Positions 41,233 to 51,883 are shown, counted from the first letter of the stretch. The stretch: 64,000 nucleotides of DNA from Bacteroidota bacterium (GCA_036161535.1 JAYYCW010000059.1:203-64202), one strand, 5' to 3'. Numbers and translations are program-made. Notes: generated from the sequence alone by a model not told the origin.

Positions 41233-43230
41233 TTATTTATAGGATCGTTCTTTAACTTCAATATTGTCGTATTTTAAGGGCTCTTTATGTAATACAGCGT
41301 CTTTTGGCGCTCCTTTGTATTCCCATGCCGAAACAAATTGATATTCTTTGCGGCGTTTTGCCTCTCCTTCTTTTGTTTGGTGTTCTTCTCTAAAATGTCC
41401 TCCAGCAGACTCCTCTCTTATTAAGGCATCTTTTGCAAACAACTCACCGAGTTCTAAAAAGTCTGCTACTCGCCCTGCTTTTGCCAATTCTTCATTAAAC
41501 TCATCAGCACTGCCAGGAACAATTACCTCTTTATAGAATTCTTCTCTTAGAGCCGATATTTCTTCAATGGCCTCTTTTAGTTCTTTTTTGTTTCGTGCCA
41601 TCCCGCATTTGTTCCACATGATTTTCCCTAATTTCTTGTGGAAATAATCTACAGGTCTGCTTCCTTTATTGTTGATAAAGGCTTTGATTTTTTGGCGGAC
41701 AGAATTTTCAGCTTCCTCAAACTCGACAGTATTGGTTGAAATTGGGCCAGTACGGATGTCATCTGCGAGGTAATCACCGATAGTATAGGGCAATACGAAG
41801 TAGCCGTCAGCAAGTCCTTGCATCAGTGCGGAGGCACCCAAGCGATTAGCACCATGATCCGAAAAGTTCGCTTCCCCAATAGCGTAAAGTCCAGGGATGG
41901 AGGTTTGTAAATTATAATCAACCCAAATACCTCCCATGGTGTAGTGCACTGCTGGATAAATCATCATTGGAGTTTCATAGGGGTTTTGGTCTACAATCTT
42001 TTCATACATTTGAAATAAATTTCCGTATTTTCCTTTTACAACTTTTTCCCCAAGTGACCGAACGAGGCTTTCATCATTTTCATTAAGTCCTTTGACATAA
42101 GCTTGCTCTTTTCCATAGCGTACAATTGCAGCGGCAAAATCAAGGTAAACTGCTTCACCTGTAGCGTTTACGCCAAACCCGGCATCACATCGTTCTTTAG
42201 CAGCCCTAGAAGCCACATCACGAGGCACTAAGTTCCCAAAAGCAGGGTAACGTCTTTCCAAGAAATAGTCGCGATCTTCTTCCGCAATGGCGGTTGGTTT
42301 GAGTGTTTTACTTTGTATTGCCTTGGCATCTTCTAATTTCTTTGGGACCCATATGCGGCCATCATTTCTTAGGGACTCGGACATAAGGGTTAGTTTAGAT
42401 TGGTGATCACCTGAAACGGGGATACAAGTTGGATGAATTTGGGTGTAACAAGGATTTGCAAAGAAAGCCCCTCGTTTATGTGCTTTCCAAGCAGCCGTTG
42501 CGTTGCTACCCATGGCATTGGTTGATAGATAAAATACATTACCATAGCCTCCTGAGCCTAATACGACCGCATGGGCTGAGTGGCGTTCTATCTCTCCAGT
42601 GATTAAATTTCTAGTAATAATTCCTCGGGCTTTTCCATCAATTACAACGACGTCAAGCATTTCATGACGGTTGTACATCTTTATTTTTCCACGCCCAATT
42701 TGTCGATTCATGGCAGAATATGCACCTAACAACAATTGTTGTCCTGTCTGGCCTTTAGCATAAAAGGTTCTTGATACTAAGACTCCTCCAAATGAGCGGT
42801 TATCCAACAGACCACCGTAATCTCTTGCGAAGGGCACACCTTGGGCTACACACTGGTCTATGATATTGGTTGAAACTTCTGCTAGACGGTACACATTGGC
42901 CTCGCGCGAGCGATAATCCCCGCCTTTAACTGTATCGTAAAAAAGGCGGTAGGTAGAATCACCATCCCCTTGATAGTTTTTAGCAGCATTGATACCGCCT
43001 TGAGCAGCAATGGAATGTGCCCGCCTAGGAGAGTCTTGAAAACAAAAAGCCTTCACATTGTATCCGAGTTCTGCCAAGGTTGCGGCTGCAGATGCACCTG
43101 CAAGCCCAGTTCCAACTACAATCACATCAATAAGCCTTTTGTTCGAGGGATTGACTAGATTAATCTTGTTTTTGTGATTGGTCCACTTATCCGCTAATGG
43201 GCCTTCAGGTATTTTTGAGTCTAGAGTCAT
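41233..43230 (-). CDS. sdhA: Succinate dehydrogenase/fumarate reductase flavoprotein
   Basis: [41 protein letters not shown]. Confidence 0.96.
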   Translation of the reverse strand: MTLDSKIPEGPLADKWTNHKNKINLVNPSNKRLIDVIVVGTGLAGASAAATLAELGYNVKAFCFQDSPRRAHSIAAQGGINAAKNYQGDGDSTYRLFYDTVKGGDYRSREANVYRLAEVSTNIIDQCVAQGVPFARDYGGLLDNRSFGGVLVSRTFYAKGQTGQQLLLGAYSAMNRQIGRGKIKMYNRHEMLDVVVIDGKARGIITRNLITGEIERHSAHAVVLGSGGYGNVFYLSTNAMGSNATAAWKAHKRGAFFANPCYTQIHPTCIPVSGDHQSKLTLMSESLRNDGRIWVPKKLEDAKAIQSKTLKPTAIAEEDRDYFLERRYPAFGNLVPRDVASRAAKERCDAGFGVNATGEAVYLDFAAAIVRYGKEQAYVKGLNENDESLVRSLGEKVVKGKYGNLFQMYEKIVDQNPYETPMMIYPAVHYTMGGIWVDYNLQTSIPGLYAIGEANFSDHGANRLGASALMQGLADGYFVLPYTIGDYLADDIRTGPISTNTVEFEEAENSVRQKIKAFINNKGSRPVDYFHKKLGKIMWNKCGMARNKKELKEAIEEISALREEFYKEVIVPGSADEFNEELAKAGRVADFLELGELFAKDALIREESAGGHFREEHQTKEGEAKRRKEYQFVSAWEYKGAPKDAVLHKEPLKYDNIEVKERSYK

Positions 43231-43241
43231 TGTTCTGAATT

Positions 43242-43925
43242 TTAATGGGCGTTATTAAAAAAATGAAACAAAGCAATCACAACAAATCCCAATGGAACTA
43301 GAGTAGCATAGGCCTTGCCAAAACTTTTTAGACTGTTGGTGTATTTATTATTTGCTCCAACCGATTGAAATGCAGAATTAAATCCGTGCAGGAGGTGCAG
43401 GGATAAAAACACAAAACCAATACAATAAAGAATCACACGCCATAACGGAACAAATTTTTCTTGTAATTCCTCGTAGTAGCGGTAATCGCTTCCGTCTGCT
43501 AAAAGTCCCGAACTGTCTCCCACAATATATTTGGTATTTATCTCAGGAATCCAAAAATCAATAAAATGAATCACTAAGAAAATCAGAATAAAGCCACCAC
43601 TGTAAATCATATTTCGGCTCATCCAAGTTGAATTTGCATTTCCTTTATTCATAGCATAGGTTACTGTTCTAGAGACCTTGTTTTTGTACTCCAATATAAA
43701 TCCCATTGCGAAGTGAAATACCACACCAAAAATGAGTATAGGTTGTAATACAAATTGCACCAAGGGATTGTTACCCATAAAATGTGAAATCTCATTGAAG
43801 AGCTCTGGATTGAAAACAGATAGAATATTAATGGCAAAGTGTTGAAGAATAAATACCATTAAAAAAAATGCCGATAAAGCCATGGCAATTTTTCTTCCGA
43901 TTGAAGAATTCAAAAATGAACTCAT
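43242..43925 (-). CDS. sdhC: Succinate dehydrogenase cytochrome b subunit
   Basis: [10 protein letters not shown] start, about 5 TM segments with His heme ligands (LHLLHG); likely start ATG 43925. Confidence 0.92.
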   Translation of the reverse strand: MSSFLNSSIGRKIAMALSAFFLMVFILQHFAINILSVFNPELFNEISHFMGNNPLVQFVLQPILIFGVVFHFAMGFILEYKNKVSRTVTYAMNKGNANSTWMSRNMIYSGGFILIFLVIHFIDFWIPEINTKYIVGDSSGLLADGSDYRYYEELQEKFVPLWRVILYCIGFVFLSLHLLHGFNSAFQSVGANNKYTNSLKSFGKAYATLVPLGFVVIALFHFFNNAH

Positions 43926-43998
43926 AAGGGGGTTTTTTATTAAACAAAGGTACTTCACAAAGCGCTTTTAGGCAATAGGTTTTAATATAAATTTTTAT

Positions 43999-44019
43999 TA
44001 TTTAGAATATTTATAAATA
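43999..44019. promoter_or_regulatory. Imperfect 9-3-9 inverted repeat upstream of sdhC, possible iron-regulator box
   Basis: TATTTAGAA-TAT-TTATAAATA (1 mismatch). Confidence 0.4.
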
Positions 44020-44096
44020 GAACTTGTGATCTTGGTTGTTTTTACTGTAATCTTTTCTAGATGTAATTGAAAATATTTACATTTGGAGAAATATAA

Positions 44097-45392
44097 ATGA
44101 TGAAATATCGACCTATAAATTCTGAACTATTTGTAAAAAACAGAGCCAAGTTTATCGCTCAAATGCAGCCTAATTCATTGGCCGTTTTTAATTCTAATGA
44201 TATTTATACTACGGGGGCTGATAGTACTTTACCCTTTCATCAACACCGAAATATATTTTATTTAAGTGGTATTGACCAGGAGGAGAGTATTTTGATATTA
44301 TTTCCAGATGCTAAGAATACAAAGCATAAAGAAATCTTGTTTATCAAAGAAACCAATGAGCACATTGCCATTTGGGAAGGCGCAAAACTCAGTAAAAAAC
44401 AAGCAACAGAGGTCTCAGCTGTCCAAACGGTTTATTGGTTAAAAGATTTTGATGTCTTGTTTAAGGCGATTATGAAAGAGGCCCAAACAGTTTACTTCAA
44501 CAACAACAACCACTACCGACAAGCGGTCGAAATGGAAACACGTGAGGACCGTTTTATAATAAAACTTAAAAATGATTATCCCAATCACAAAATTGAAAAC
44601 AACTTCCCCATAATGCAAGCGCTGCGCGGAGTTAAAGAAGCTGAAGAAATTCATTTAATACAACAAGCCTGTAATATCACAGAAAAGGGTTTTAAGCGTG
44701 TGTTGGGATTTGTAAGGCCTGGTGTCATGGAATACGAAATTGAGGCAGAGTTTTCTCATGAGTTTTTAAAAAACCGATCTAAAGGCTTCGCATACACACC
44801 CATCATAGCATCTGGATACAATGCCTGTGTGTTGCATTATACAGAAAATAACAAGGTCTGTAAAGATGGAGATTTGCTACTGATGGACGTAGGGGCGGAG
44901 TATGCCAATTATTCTAGCGACATGACCAGAACACTCCCTGTAAATGGCCGTTTTACAGCCCGTCAGAAAGCTGTTTATCAAGCTGTTTTAAACGTCAAGA
45001 ATGAAGCGACAAAGATGCTTGTTTCTGGAACCCTATTGGAAGCATATCACAAAGAAGTGGGAAAACTCATGACCTCAGAGTTGGTGGGACTAGGCTTACT
45101 TGACAGGGCTGATATTCAAAATCAGGACTCAAAAAAACCAGCTTACAAGAAATATTTTATGCACGGAACTTCTCACCATATGGGATTGGATACCCATGAC
45201 TATGGAGTTTTAAAGGAACCGATGGTCGCCAATATGGTTTTTACTGTTGAGCCTGGTATTTACATTCCAGAGGAAAAAATGGGCATTCGCCTGGAAGATG
45301 ATGTTGTAATTCAATCTTCGGGTGCTCCACTTAACCTTATGAAAAACATACCCATTGAAGTTGAAGCTATTGAAACTTACATGAATACTTAA
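44097..45392 (+). CDS. pepP: Xaa-Pro aminopeptidase (aminopeptidase P)
   Basis: LHY, DVGAE..Y.SDMTRT, HGTSHHMGLDTHD, TVEPGIY, GIRLEDD. Confidence 0.92.
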   Translation: MMKYRPINSELFVKNRAKFIAQMQPNSLAVFNSNDIYTTGADSTLPFHQHRNIFYLSGIDQEESILILFPDAKNTKHKEILFIKETNEHIAIWEGAKLSKKQATEVSAVQTVYWLKDFDVLFKAIMKEAQTVYFNNNNHYRQAVEMETREDRFIIKLKNDYPNHKIENNFPIMQALRGVKEAEEIHLIQQACNITEKGFKRVLGFVRPGVMEYEIEAEFSHEFLKNRSKGFAYTPIIASGYNACVLHYTENNKVCKDGDLLLMDVGAEYANYSSDMTRTLPVNGRFTARQKAVYQAVLNVKNEATKMLVSGTLLEAYHKEVGKLMTSELVGLGLLDRADIQNQDSKKPAYKKYFMHGTSHHMGLDTHDYGVLKEPMVANMVFTVEPGIYIPEEKMGIRLEDDVVIQSSGAPLNLMKNIPIEVEAIETYMNT

Positions 45393-45396
45393 TTAG

Positions 45397-45804
45397 TTAT
45401 TGAGTAATTTCTGACGTTATCGTATTTATTTTAAATTTTTCAACTGAGTAATTCGATGTTTGGCTGCCTGAAGTAATTGTAGAGATCAAAAGCGCTTCAT
45501 CAATTTTATTTGAGTCGTATTTTACTGTAGCCATTTCTTTTTGAAAGTTTACGTCGGCCTTGTACATTCCATCTAATTTGTATAACTTTTTTTCAATGGC
45601 TCTAGCGCAGCCTATTTCGCAGCTCATCCCTTTGATGGTAAAACGTGCGCTTGTCGCATTGTTCGTCTCTGTTTTTGAGCTTTTGTTATTAGATTGATAG
45701 GCCGCAGTTTCAACCAAAATAATTTTGGGAGTAGGTTTTTCCTTACAACTTAGATTCAAAGTTAGCAACAATGCTAGCTGGAGTGTGATTTTAAGAGTTT
45801 TCAT
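45397..45804 (-). CDS. Heavy-metal-associated (HMA) domain lipoprotein
   Basis: Lipobox LSC; IKGMSCEIGCARAIEKKL. Confidence 0.8.
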   Translation of the reverse strand: MKTLKITLQLALLLTLNLSCKEKPTPKIILVETAAYQSNNKSSKTETNNATSARFTIKGMSCEIGCARAIEKKLYKLDGMYKADVNFQKEMATVKYDSNKIDEALLISTITSGSQTSNYSVEKFKINTITSEITQ

Positions 45805-45894
45805 GGTTATGAATTTAGGAAACAATCAAATTTAATATTTTTTTGGCACACATTGGTATAATTTACCCCAATTTTGCCCATTCATCTTTATGTC

Positions 45895-46788
45895 ATGTCC
45901 AACACGGTAAAAAAATGGGTTCTTCTATTGCTTCTCTCCTTTATTTGGGGAAGCTCTTTTATTTTAATCAAAAAAGGACTGTTAGGATTTAGTCCGTTGC
46001 AGTTGGGAAGTTTTCGGCTTGTCATATCGGCTCTTATTATTTTTGCATTTGGATTTAAAAGCCTAAAAGGTCTAAATAAAAACCAATGGAAGTGGTTGGC
46101 ACTTTCTGGTTTTCTGGGCAGTTTTTTCCCTTCTTTTTTATTTGCATACGCAGAAACAGAAGTAGACAGCAGCATCACCTCCATTTTAAATTCTTTGGTC
46201 CCTTTAAACACGTTAGTATTGGGTTTTGTATTATTTAAAATAAAATCAAATCGATTTCAGGTTTTAGGAGTGATCATTGGATTTATAGGTGCTGTTCTTT
46301 TGATATTTGAAGGTGCAGCTTTGAATCCAAATCAAAATTACCGCTACACCGGACTTATAATATTTGCCAGCTTGATGTATGCGGCAAATGTCAATATCAT
46401 AAAGCGATATTTAAACGAAGTTCGCCCCCTATCCATTGCCACGGCAAATTTTGTAGTTGTTTTTATTCCATCAATTGCAGTCCTTATTTTTTCTGGAGGA
46501 ATGAGCCGTACTACCCTGTACAGCAAAGCCTTTTTACCAGCGCTGGGCTGTGTTTTTCTTTTGTCACTTTTTGGCACTGCACTGGCCAAAATACTTTTTA
46601 ACAATTTAATTCAAATTTCCAATCCTGTTTTTGCATCTTCGGTTACTTATTTGATGCCTTTGGTAGCCCTCTTCTGGGGGGCACTTGACGCTGAAATTTT
46701 TAATGCTTTTCAAGGGCTATACGCATTAATTATTTTGAGCGGCATTTATCTAGCCAATAAAAAAATTAAAAAAAAGACCGATGTTTAG
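45895..46788 (+). CDS. DMT/EamA family transporter
   Basis: IWGSSF, about 10 TM segments in two repeats. Confidence 0.88.
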   Translation: MSNTVKKWVLLLLLSFIWGSSFILIKKGLLGFSPLQLGSFRLVISALIIFAFGFKSLKGLNKNQWKWLALSGFLGSFFPSFLFAYAETEVDSSITSILNSLVPLNTLVLGFVLFKIKSNRFQVLGVIIGFIGAVLLIFEGAALNPNQNYRYTGLIIFASLMYAANVNIIKRYLNEVRPLSIATANFVVVFIPSIAVLIFSGGMSRTTLYSKAFLPALGCVFLLSLFGTALAKILFNNLIQISNPVFASSVTYLMPLVALFWGALDAEIFNAFQGLYALIILSGIYLANKKIKKKTDV

Positions 46789-46798
46789 CGGTCTTTTT
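46771..46798. terminator. Bidirectional intrinsic terminator
   Basis: AAAAAGACCG...CGGTCTTTTT between convergent genes. Confidence 0.7.
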
Positions 46799-46819
46799 GT
46801 TGATTAAATTTTTTAATTT

Positions 46820-48913
46820 TTATTTGAAATCTGTTTCGGAGACCTCAGAATTAATAATGACTTCAGTTGCAGTGAATCCTATAATTTGTGGGCCTGCTGT
46901 GATTTTTCTACCAAAAGGTATCATAACTCCGTTGACGACTCTGTAGTCTGAGTGTTCTGTGATTGATGTTATGCTTTGTCCTTGAGCTTCTTCAGTCCCT
47001 TCCTCTCTTAATAAAAGCCCAGAAGTTGCATCGTAATAGCGAAAAGATTCGCTGCTTCCTTTGACTTTAATTTTATATACGTCGGTGCCCTCTAAGTCAC
47101 TCAAACTAATGAGCTGAATGTCATCGGCTGTATAATGAGCCTCGGGGAACAGTCCTTTTTGGCTGGCTTGTTCTGCAATATCATCCTCACTCATCGGTTG
47201 TTTCATTCCTCCTTGTTCTGCATATCCTGTGGTTCCATCAAACTTTTGCTTCATGACCGTTCCCATACCAGCAATACTCATTTCCATGGAAGTCTTGTTA
47301 GGAGCCATAGATTTTAAAACGGCTGTTGGTTTAAACGGCATTCCTTCTATGCTAACCTCTGCATTGAACATCAGCGTCTTAACGCTTTCAACTGCAGATG
47401 CACCTCCAATGGCCTCAATATAAGACGCCATTATGGAAGTGGCTGTTACGCCTTCAGGTATTGGTTTAGAAAATTCTGGTTTTTCTGTTGGGTTGGCATA
47501 TTTATCAAAATATTTTATTGGTATTCCAGTTTTTTCAAGATTAGATACGATATCACTGCCTTTTCCAACAACAATAATTCTGGCATTATCAACGCTGAAA
47601 TAAGTGTTAGCAACTCTTTTTACATCCTCAACAGTAACAGCATTTATCTTTTCTAAATAGTTTTCGTAAAAATTATCAGGTAAATTATTGTAGATTACAT
47701 CAAGTGCGTATCCTGCGATTGTTGAAGGCCTTTCTAAAGCTAGTACAAAGTCCCCCACGTATTTTGCTTTAGCATTTTTTAGTTTTTCTTCGTCAACAAA
47801 AGTATCACGGATTTTATTTATTTCCTTAACAATTTCAATTACAGCACTGTCAGTAACCATATTTCTAACAGCAGTACTTGCTGTAAACCGTGAAACTCTA
47901 TATCTTGACGCTCCAATGCTAGATCTAGCTCCATAAGTGTAGCCGTGTTCTTCTCTTAAATTCATGTTCAAGTAACTATTAAAACCTCCTCCTAAAATCT
48001 TGTTGGCAATTAGAACTGCGTGATAATCATCATCACTCATTGAAAATTCAACATTGGAAGTGAGAGAAATATTTGATTGAACAGCATTTGGCATGTCTAC
48101 AAAATTAATCTCAGTATTAGATACATTAGCTTTTGCTGTCGGAATTGTTTTTTTCAAGGTATTTGATGCTTCCCAATTACCAAACCTCTTTTTTATTAGT
48201 TTTTTTATATCTTTAAAATTCACATCTCCAACTACAACAATGTAGGTGTTGTTAGGTTTGAAATAAGAATTATAAAAATCGATTACATCTTTAAAGTTTA
48301 TATTATTTAAACTCTCTTCCGAAACAAATTCTCCATAGGCAGAATTTTTACCATATGAAAGTGCACTTCCAACTCTGGAGGCTGCTGCATCAACACTATT
48401 CTCATCCCCTTTGAGCCCTTCAAGTGCACGTTCCTTTTCTTTTTCAAATTCATCTAAAGTTAATAATGGATTAATAGCTGCATCGGCCATTAGCTCAACA
48501 ATTCTATCTTGATATTTTGAGAGCGAACTAGCAAATCCGCTTTGAGCACCGAACACAAGGCTTGCACCAAGGAAATCAATTTCATCATTAAAATCCGCTT
48601 TGGAGATACTTGTAGTTCCATTTCCTAGCATAGCTGCAAGAAGACCAGAAACTCCAGATTTGTCTCCTTCGTATATAGGGCCATTATCAATTCTCATTGA
48701 TATGGATAGTCTTGGTAGTTTGTGATTTTCAACAACTAAGACTGTAATTCCATTTTTCAACTTGAAAGTTTGTGGTTTTTCCAAAGTTATTGTAGGAGAT
48801 GGTCCCGGTTTAGGCTGAATGGACCTATCAATTTGGGCAAATAATAAACTGCTAAATAAAATACATACAACCAGAGAAAATAATCTTAAGGAATAAATTT
48901 TTTGATTTTTCAT
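46820..48913 (-). CDS. M16 peptidase, non-catalytic-type subunit with C-terminal extra domain
   Basis: LKNG start, LREEHGYTYGA motif, no HxxEH; signal peptide. Confidence 0.85.
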   Translation of the reverse strand: MKNQKIYSLRLFSLVVCILFSSLLFAQIDRSIQPKPGPSPTITLEKPQTFKLKNGITVLVVENHKLPRLSISMRIDNGPIYEGDKSGVSGLLAAMLGNGTTSISKADFNDEIDFLGASLVFGAQSGFASSLSKYQDRIVELMADAAINPLLTLDEFEKEKERALEGLKGDENSVDAAASRVGSALSYGKNSAYGEFVSEESLNNINFKDVIDFYNSYFKPNNTYIVVVGDVNFKDIKKLIKKRFGNWEASNTLKKTIPTAKANVSNTEINFVDMPNAVQSNISLTSNVEFSMSDDDYHAVLIANKILGGGFNSYLNMNLREEHGYTYGARSSIGASRYRVSRFTASTAVRNMVTDSAVIEIVKEINKIRDTFVDEEKLKNAKAKYVGDFVLALERPSTIAGYALDVIYNNLPDNFYENYLEKINAVTVEDVKRVANTYFSVDNARIIVVGKGSDIVSNLEKTGIPIKYFDKYANPTEKPEFSKPIPEGVTATSIMASYIEAIGGASAVESVKTLMFNAEVSIEGMPFKPTAVLKSMAPNKTSMEMSIAGMGTVMKQKFDGTTGYAEQGGMKQPMSEDDIAEQASQKGLFPEAHYTADDIQLISLSDLEGTDVYKIKVKGSSESFRYYDATSGLLLREEGTEEAQGQSITSITEHSDYRVVNGVMIPFGRKITAGPQIIGFTATEVIINSEVSETDFK

Positions 48914-48915
48914 AA

Positions 48916-50229
48916 TTAGTTTTCTTTTTTAGGTAAATACTCTAATAATGCTCTTTCTTCAGCTTTGAGATATTTGTTAGCAACATCTCTTATTTCTTCT
49001 CTAGTAATTGATCGGTATATATCAATCTCATTATTTATTAAATTTACATCTCCATAAAGCATATAGTATCGAGCAAGGGAATTTGCAATTCCTGAAATAC
49101 TTGAGTTAGAATTAACAAAGTCATTTTCAAATTGATTTTGTAGTTTTTGGTATTCCCTTTCTGAAATTAAATTAGTTTTTAGAATTTCTATTTCCTCATC
49201 GATTTCATCAATTAAGGTCATTAACTCTACATCACCAAGGGGGAGAGCAAAAAGGGCATATGTACCATAATCTTCCTGGCTTATGTTAACAGCCTGAACT
49301 GCTAATGCTTGTTTTTGATCATCTACTAACTTTTTATATAGAACTGAACTTTTACCTCCGCTCAAATAAGAAGAAATCATACTCAAAACATAAGTGTCAC
49401 GGTGTTTATTAGATGGAGTTCTATATGCACCTATTATTGCTGGTATTTGAATGTTTGCATCATAAGCCTTGGCAATTTTTTCTTGAGATACAGGATCTTC
49501 TTTAGGGAAGTTTCGTTCAATATCTTTACCTCTAGGAATTGGCCCAAAATAGGATTCAATCATTGATTTAGTTTTTTCAATATTAATATCTCCAGCAACA
49601 ACTAGCACGGCATTGTTGGGGATATAGAATTTTTTATTAAATTCTTGAAATTCTTCTAATGTGGCAGCATCCAAATGTTCCATTTCACCTATAGTCGTTC
49701 CTTTGTAAGGGTGCTTTTTGAAAATTAATTTTTTAATTTCAGCTAAAATATTTCCATAGGGTTGGTTGTCAACTCTCAGTCTTTTTTCTTCCTTTACAAC
49801 TTCATTTTGAGTGTCTACACCTATTTGGTTTATAACAGGATGAAGTAATCGCTCAGATTCCATCCAAAGACCAAGTTCCAAACTATTTGACGGAAAAATT
49901 TCATAATAGTAAGTTCTGTCATCTGTTGTATTGGCATTGTTAGAACCGCCATTTGAAGTGACAATAGTAAACCACTCGCCTCTAGGTATATTTTGTGTAC
50001 CTTCAAATAACAGGTGTTCAAAGAAATGAGCAAAACCAGTTCTCTCAGGGTTCTCATCTTTCGCACCAACATGATACATCACTGCTGTTGTCACAACCGG
50101 AGCTGAATTGTCTTGATGAAGTATGACATGCATTCCATTATCTAAGTCGTATTCTGTGAAGTCAACTTGCTGTGCACTAAAATTTGCATAAACAAGCAGC
50201 ACAGCAAATACTAATAAATTTTTTTTCAT
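48916..50229 (-). CDS. M16 zinc peptidase, catalytic subunit
   Basis: GFAHFFEHLLF (HxxEH), NANT; signal peptide. Confidence 0.93.
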   Translation of the reverse strand: MKKNLLVFAVLLVYANFSAQQVDFTEYDLDNGMHVILHQDNSAPVVTTAVMYHVGAKDENPERTGFAHFFEHLLFEGTQNIPRGEWFTIVTSNGGSNNANTTDDRTYYYEIFPSNSLELGLWMESERLLHPVINQIGVDTQNEVVKEEKRLRVDNQPYGNILAEIKKLIFKKHPYKGTTIGEMEHLDAATLEEFQEFNKKFYIPNNAVLVVAGDINIEKTKSMIESYFGPIPRGKDIERNFPKEDPVSQEKIAKAYDANIQIPAIIGAYRTPSNKHRDTYVLSMISSYLSGGKSSVLYKKLVDDQKQALAVQAVNISQEDYGTYALFALPLGDVELMTLIDEIDEEIEILKTNLISEREYQKLQNQFENDFVNSNSSISGIANSLARYYMLYGDVNLINNEIDIYRSITREEIRDVANKYLKAEERALLEYLPKKEN

Positions 50230-50256
50230 GTTTTTATATGTTAATAGTTCAAGTAG

Positions 50257-50282
50257 GACGTTGTGTCAAATAATTTGTTACA
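50257..50282 (-). promoter_or_regulatory. Putative ECF sigma promoter for the M16 operon
   Basis: Minus strand TGTAAC-N16-CGTC; a housekeeping TATATTTG box also lies at 50292-50299 (minus). Confidence 0.5.
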
Positions 50283-50377
50283 TCGCGGGCCCAAATATAT
50301 GAAATTCAAATATTTTTAAAGGATTATTCATCATTTAAACAATCCCTAAAATAATTTGTTAATTGATTTTTTAAAAT

Positions 50378-50385
50378 TATATTTG
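50378..50385 (+). promoter_or_regulatory. Bacteroidota -7 promoter box for rplU-rpmA
   Basis: TATATTTG followed by CA, about 60 nt before the rplU ATG. Confidence 0.65.
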
Positions 50386-50447
50386 CACCCGCCTTCTAAG
50401 AATACAAAAAAGGCATTTTAAATTAAAAAATAAAAAAACGTAACGCT

Positions 50448-50993
50448 ATGTACGCAATAGTAGAGATAGCAGGGCAACAATTTAAAGTTGAAAAAGACCA
50501 AAAAGTCTTTGTCCACCGTTTGCAAACCGAAGAAGGAAAAAAGGTCGCTTTTGACAACGTACTTCTTTTGGCTGACGGGGATAAAGTCACAGTAGGCGCC
50601 CCAGCTATAGACGGTGCTCAAGTAGGCGCCAAAGTATTGAAACACCTTAAAGGTGATAAAGTGATCGTCTTTAAAAAGAAACGACGCAAAGGATTTCGAG
50701 TTAAGAATGGCCACCGTCAAGCTTTAACAGAAATCCAAATAGATAATATTGTGGCCTCTGGCGCGAAAAAAGCGGCGCCAGCAAAAGCGGTTGCTGAACC
50801 TGCTGCTAAAGTGGTTCCTACAAAATCCGTTGCAAAACCTGCTGCCAAAAAAGCGGTTGCTCCAAAAGCAAAAGCAGCACCACAAGATTTGAGTAAAATG
50901 ACAGTTACTCAACTCAAAGAGATGGCAAAAGCAAAAGGGATTACTGGGATTTCTGCCATGAAAAAAGCAGATTTAATAGCGGCCTTAAGTTAA
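50448..50993 (+). CDS. rplU: 50S ribosomal protein L21 with Ala/Lys/Pro linker and C-terminal Rho_N-like domain
   Basis: [14 protein letters not shown]...[12 protein letters not shown] core; tail [34 protein letters not shown]. Confidence 0.95.
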   Translation: MYAIVEIAGQQFKVEKDQKVFVHRLQTEEGKKVAFDNVLLLADGDKVTVGAPAIDGAQVGAKVLKHLKGDKVIVFKKKRRKGFRVKNGHRQALTEIQIDNIVASGAKKAAPAKAVAEPAAKVVPTKSVAKPAAKKAVAPKAKAAPQDLSKMTVTQLKEMAKAKGITGISAMKKADLIAALS

Positions 50994-51022
50994 GCGTTTA
51001 ACAAAATTAAAATTAAAATAAA

Positions 51023-51283
51023 ATGGCACATAAAAAAGGAGTCGGAAGTTCGAAAAACGGTAGAGAGTCAGAATCGAAACGCTTGGGCGTTAAAATTTTT
51101 GGTGGACAAGCTGCCGTCGCTGGTAACATCCTTGTAAGACAACGGGGCACAGCGCACAATCCCGGAGAAAATGTATATGCTGGAAAAGACCACACCCTTC
51201 ACGCTAAAGTGGATGGAATTGTAAAATTTCAAAAAAAGAAGAACAATAAATCTTATGTTTCCATTGTTCCTTTTGAAGCCTAA
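51023..51283 (+). CDS. rpmA: 50S ribosomal protein L27
   Basis: [27 protein letters not shown]. Confidence 0.98.
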   Translation: MAHKKGVGSSKNGRESESKRLGVKIFGGQAAVAGNILVRQRGTAHNPGENVYAGKDHTLHAKVDGIVKFQKKKNNKSYVSIVPFEA

Positions 51284-51301
51284 TCGATTTCAAAACAAAT
51301 T

Positions 51302-51333
51302 AAAAAAAGCCGCGTTTTAGCCGCGGTTTTTTT
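51302..51333. terminator. Bidirectional intrinsic terminator
   Basis: AAAAAAAGCCGCG...CGCGGTTTTTTT. Confidence 0.8.
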
Positions 51334-51348
51334 GTGTTTATAATTTAA

Positions 51349-51861
51349 TTATTTAATTAGTTTTTCAAAGGCCAATCTTTTGTCGCCATTTTGTAAATAA
51401 ATGACACCGCAATAACTGTATTTCAGATGCTTTAACAAGGACAACATACTAGCATTGTCTTGGTGGGTGTCAATGCGCATGCTTTTTATTTTGGAGGCAA
51501 AAAGAAATTCTTCACGTTCCTTAAAAATAAATTTGGCAATTCCCTTTCCTCTAAACTCTTTAGAAACTGCCATTCGATGAATGACGCCATAGCTTCGCTG
51601 ATTATCGCGCATCCATTGGCCTTCTATTTTTGAGTAAGTTGGCTCACCTCTTAAAGAAAACATTGCCGTAGCAATGGGGGTATTATTGTCAGACTTTATG
51701 ATATAACTTTCGTTATTTTGGATGTCATTTAGTAAAATTTTTTCTGTGGGGTAGCCATTTTGCCACTGGTCAATGTTTTGTTCGGCCAATAAATCTTGAG
51801 CGTCTTTAATGATTTGCATCATTAAAGGAAGGTCTTGTTTAGTTGCGTTGATAAGCTTCAT
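51349..51861 (-). CDS. GNAT family N-acetyltransferase
   Basis: QWQNGYP, IHRMAV..FRGKGIA, DTHQDN..M. Confidence 0.88.
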   Translation of the reverse strand: MKLINATKQDLPLMMQIIKDAQDLLAEQNIDQWQNGYPTEKILLNDIQNNESYIIKSDNNTPIATAMFSLRGEPTYSKIEGQWMRDNQRSYGVIHRMAVSKEFRGKGIAKFIFKEREEFLFASKIKSMRIDTHQDNASMLSLLKHLKYSYCGVIYLQNGDKRLAFEKLIK

Positions 51862-51883
51862 TAATGGTTGCCAATATTTTGAC

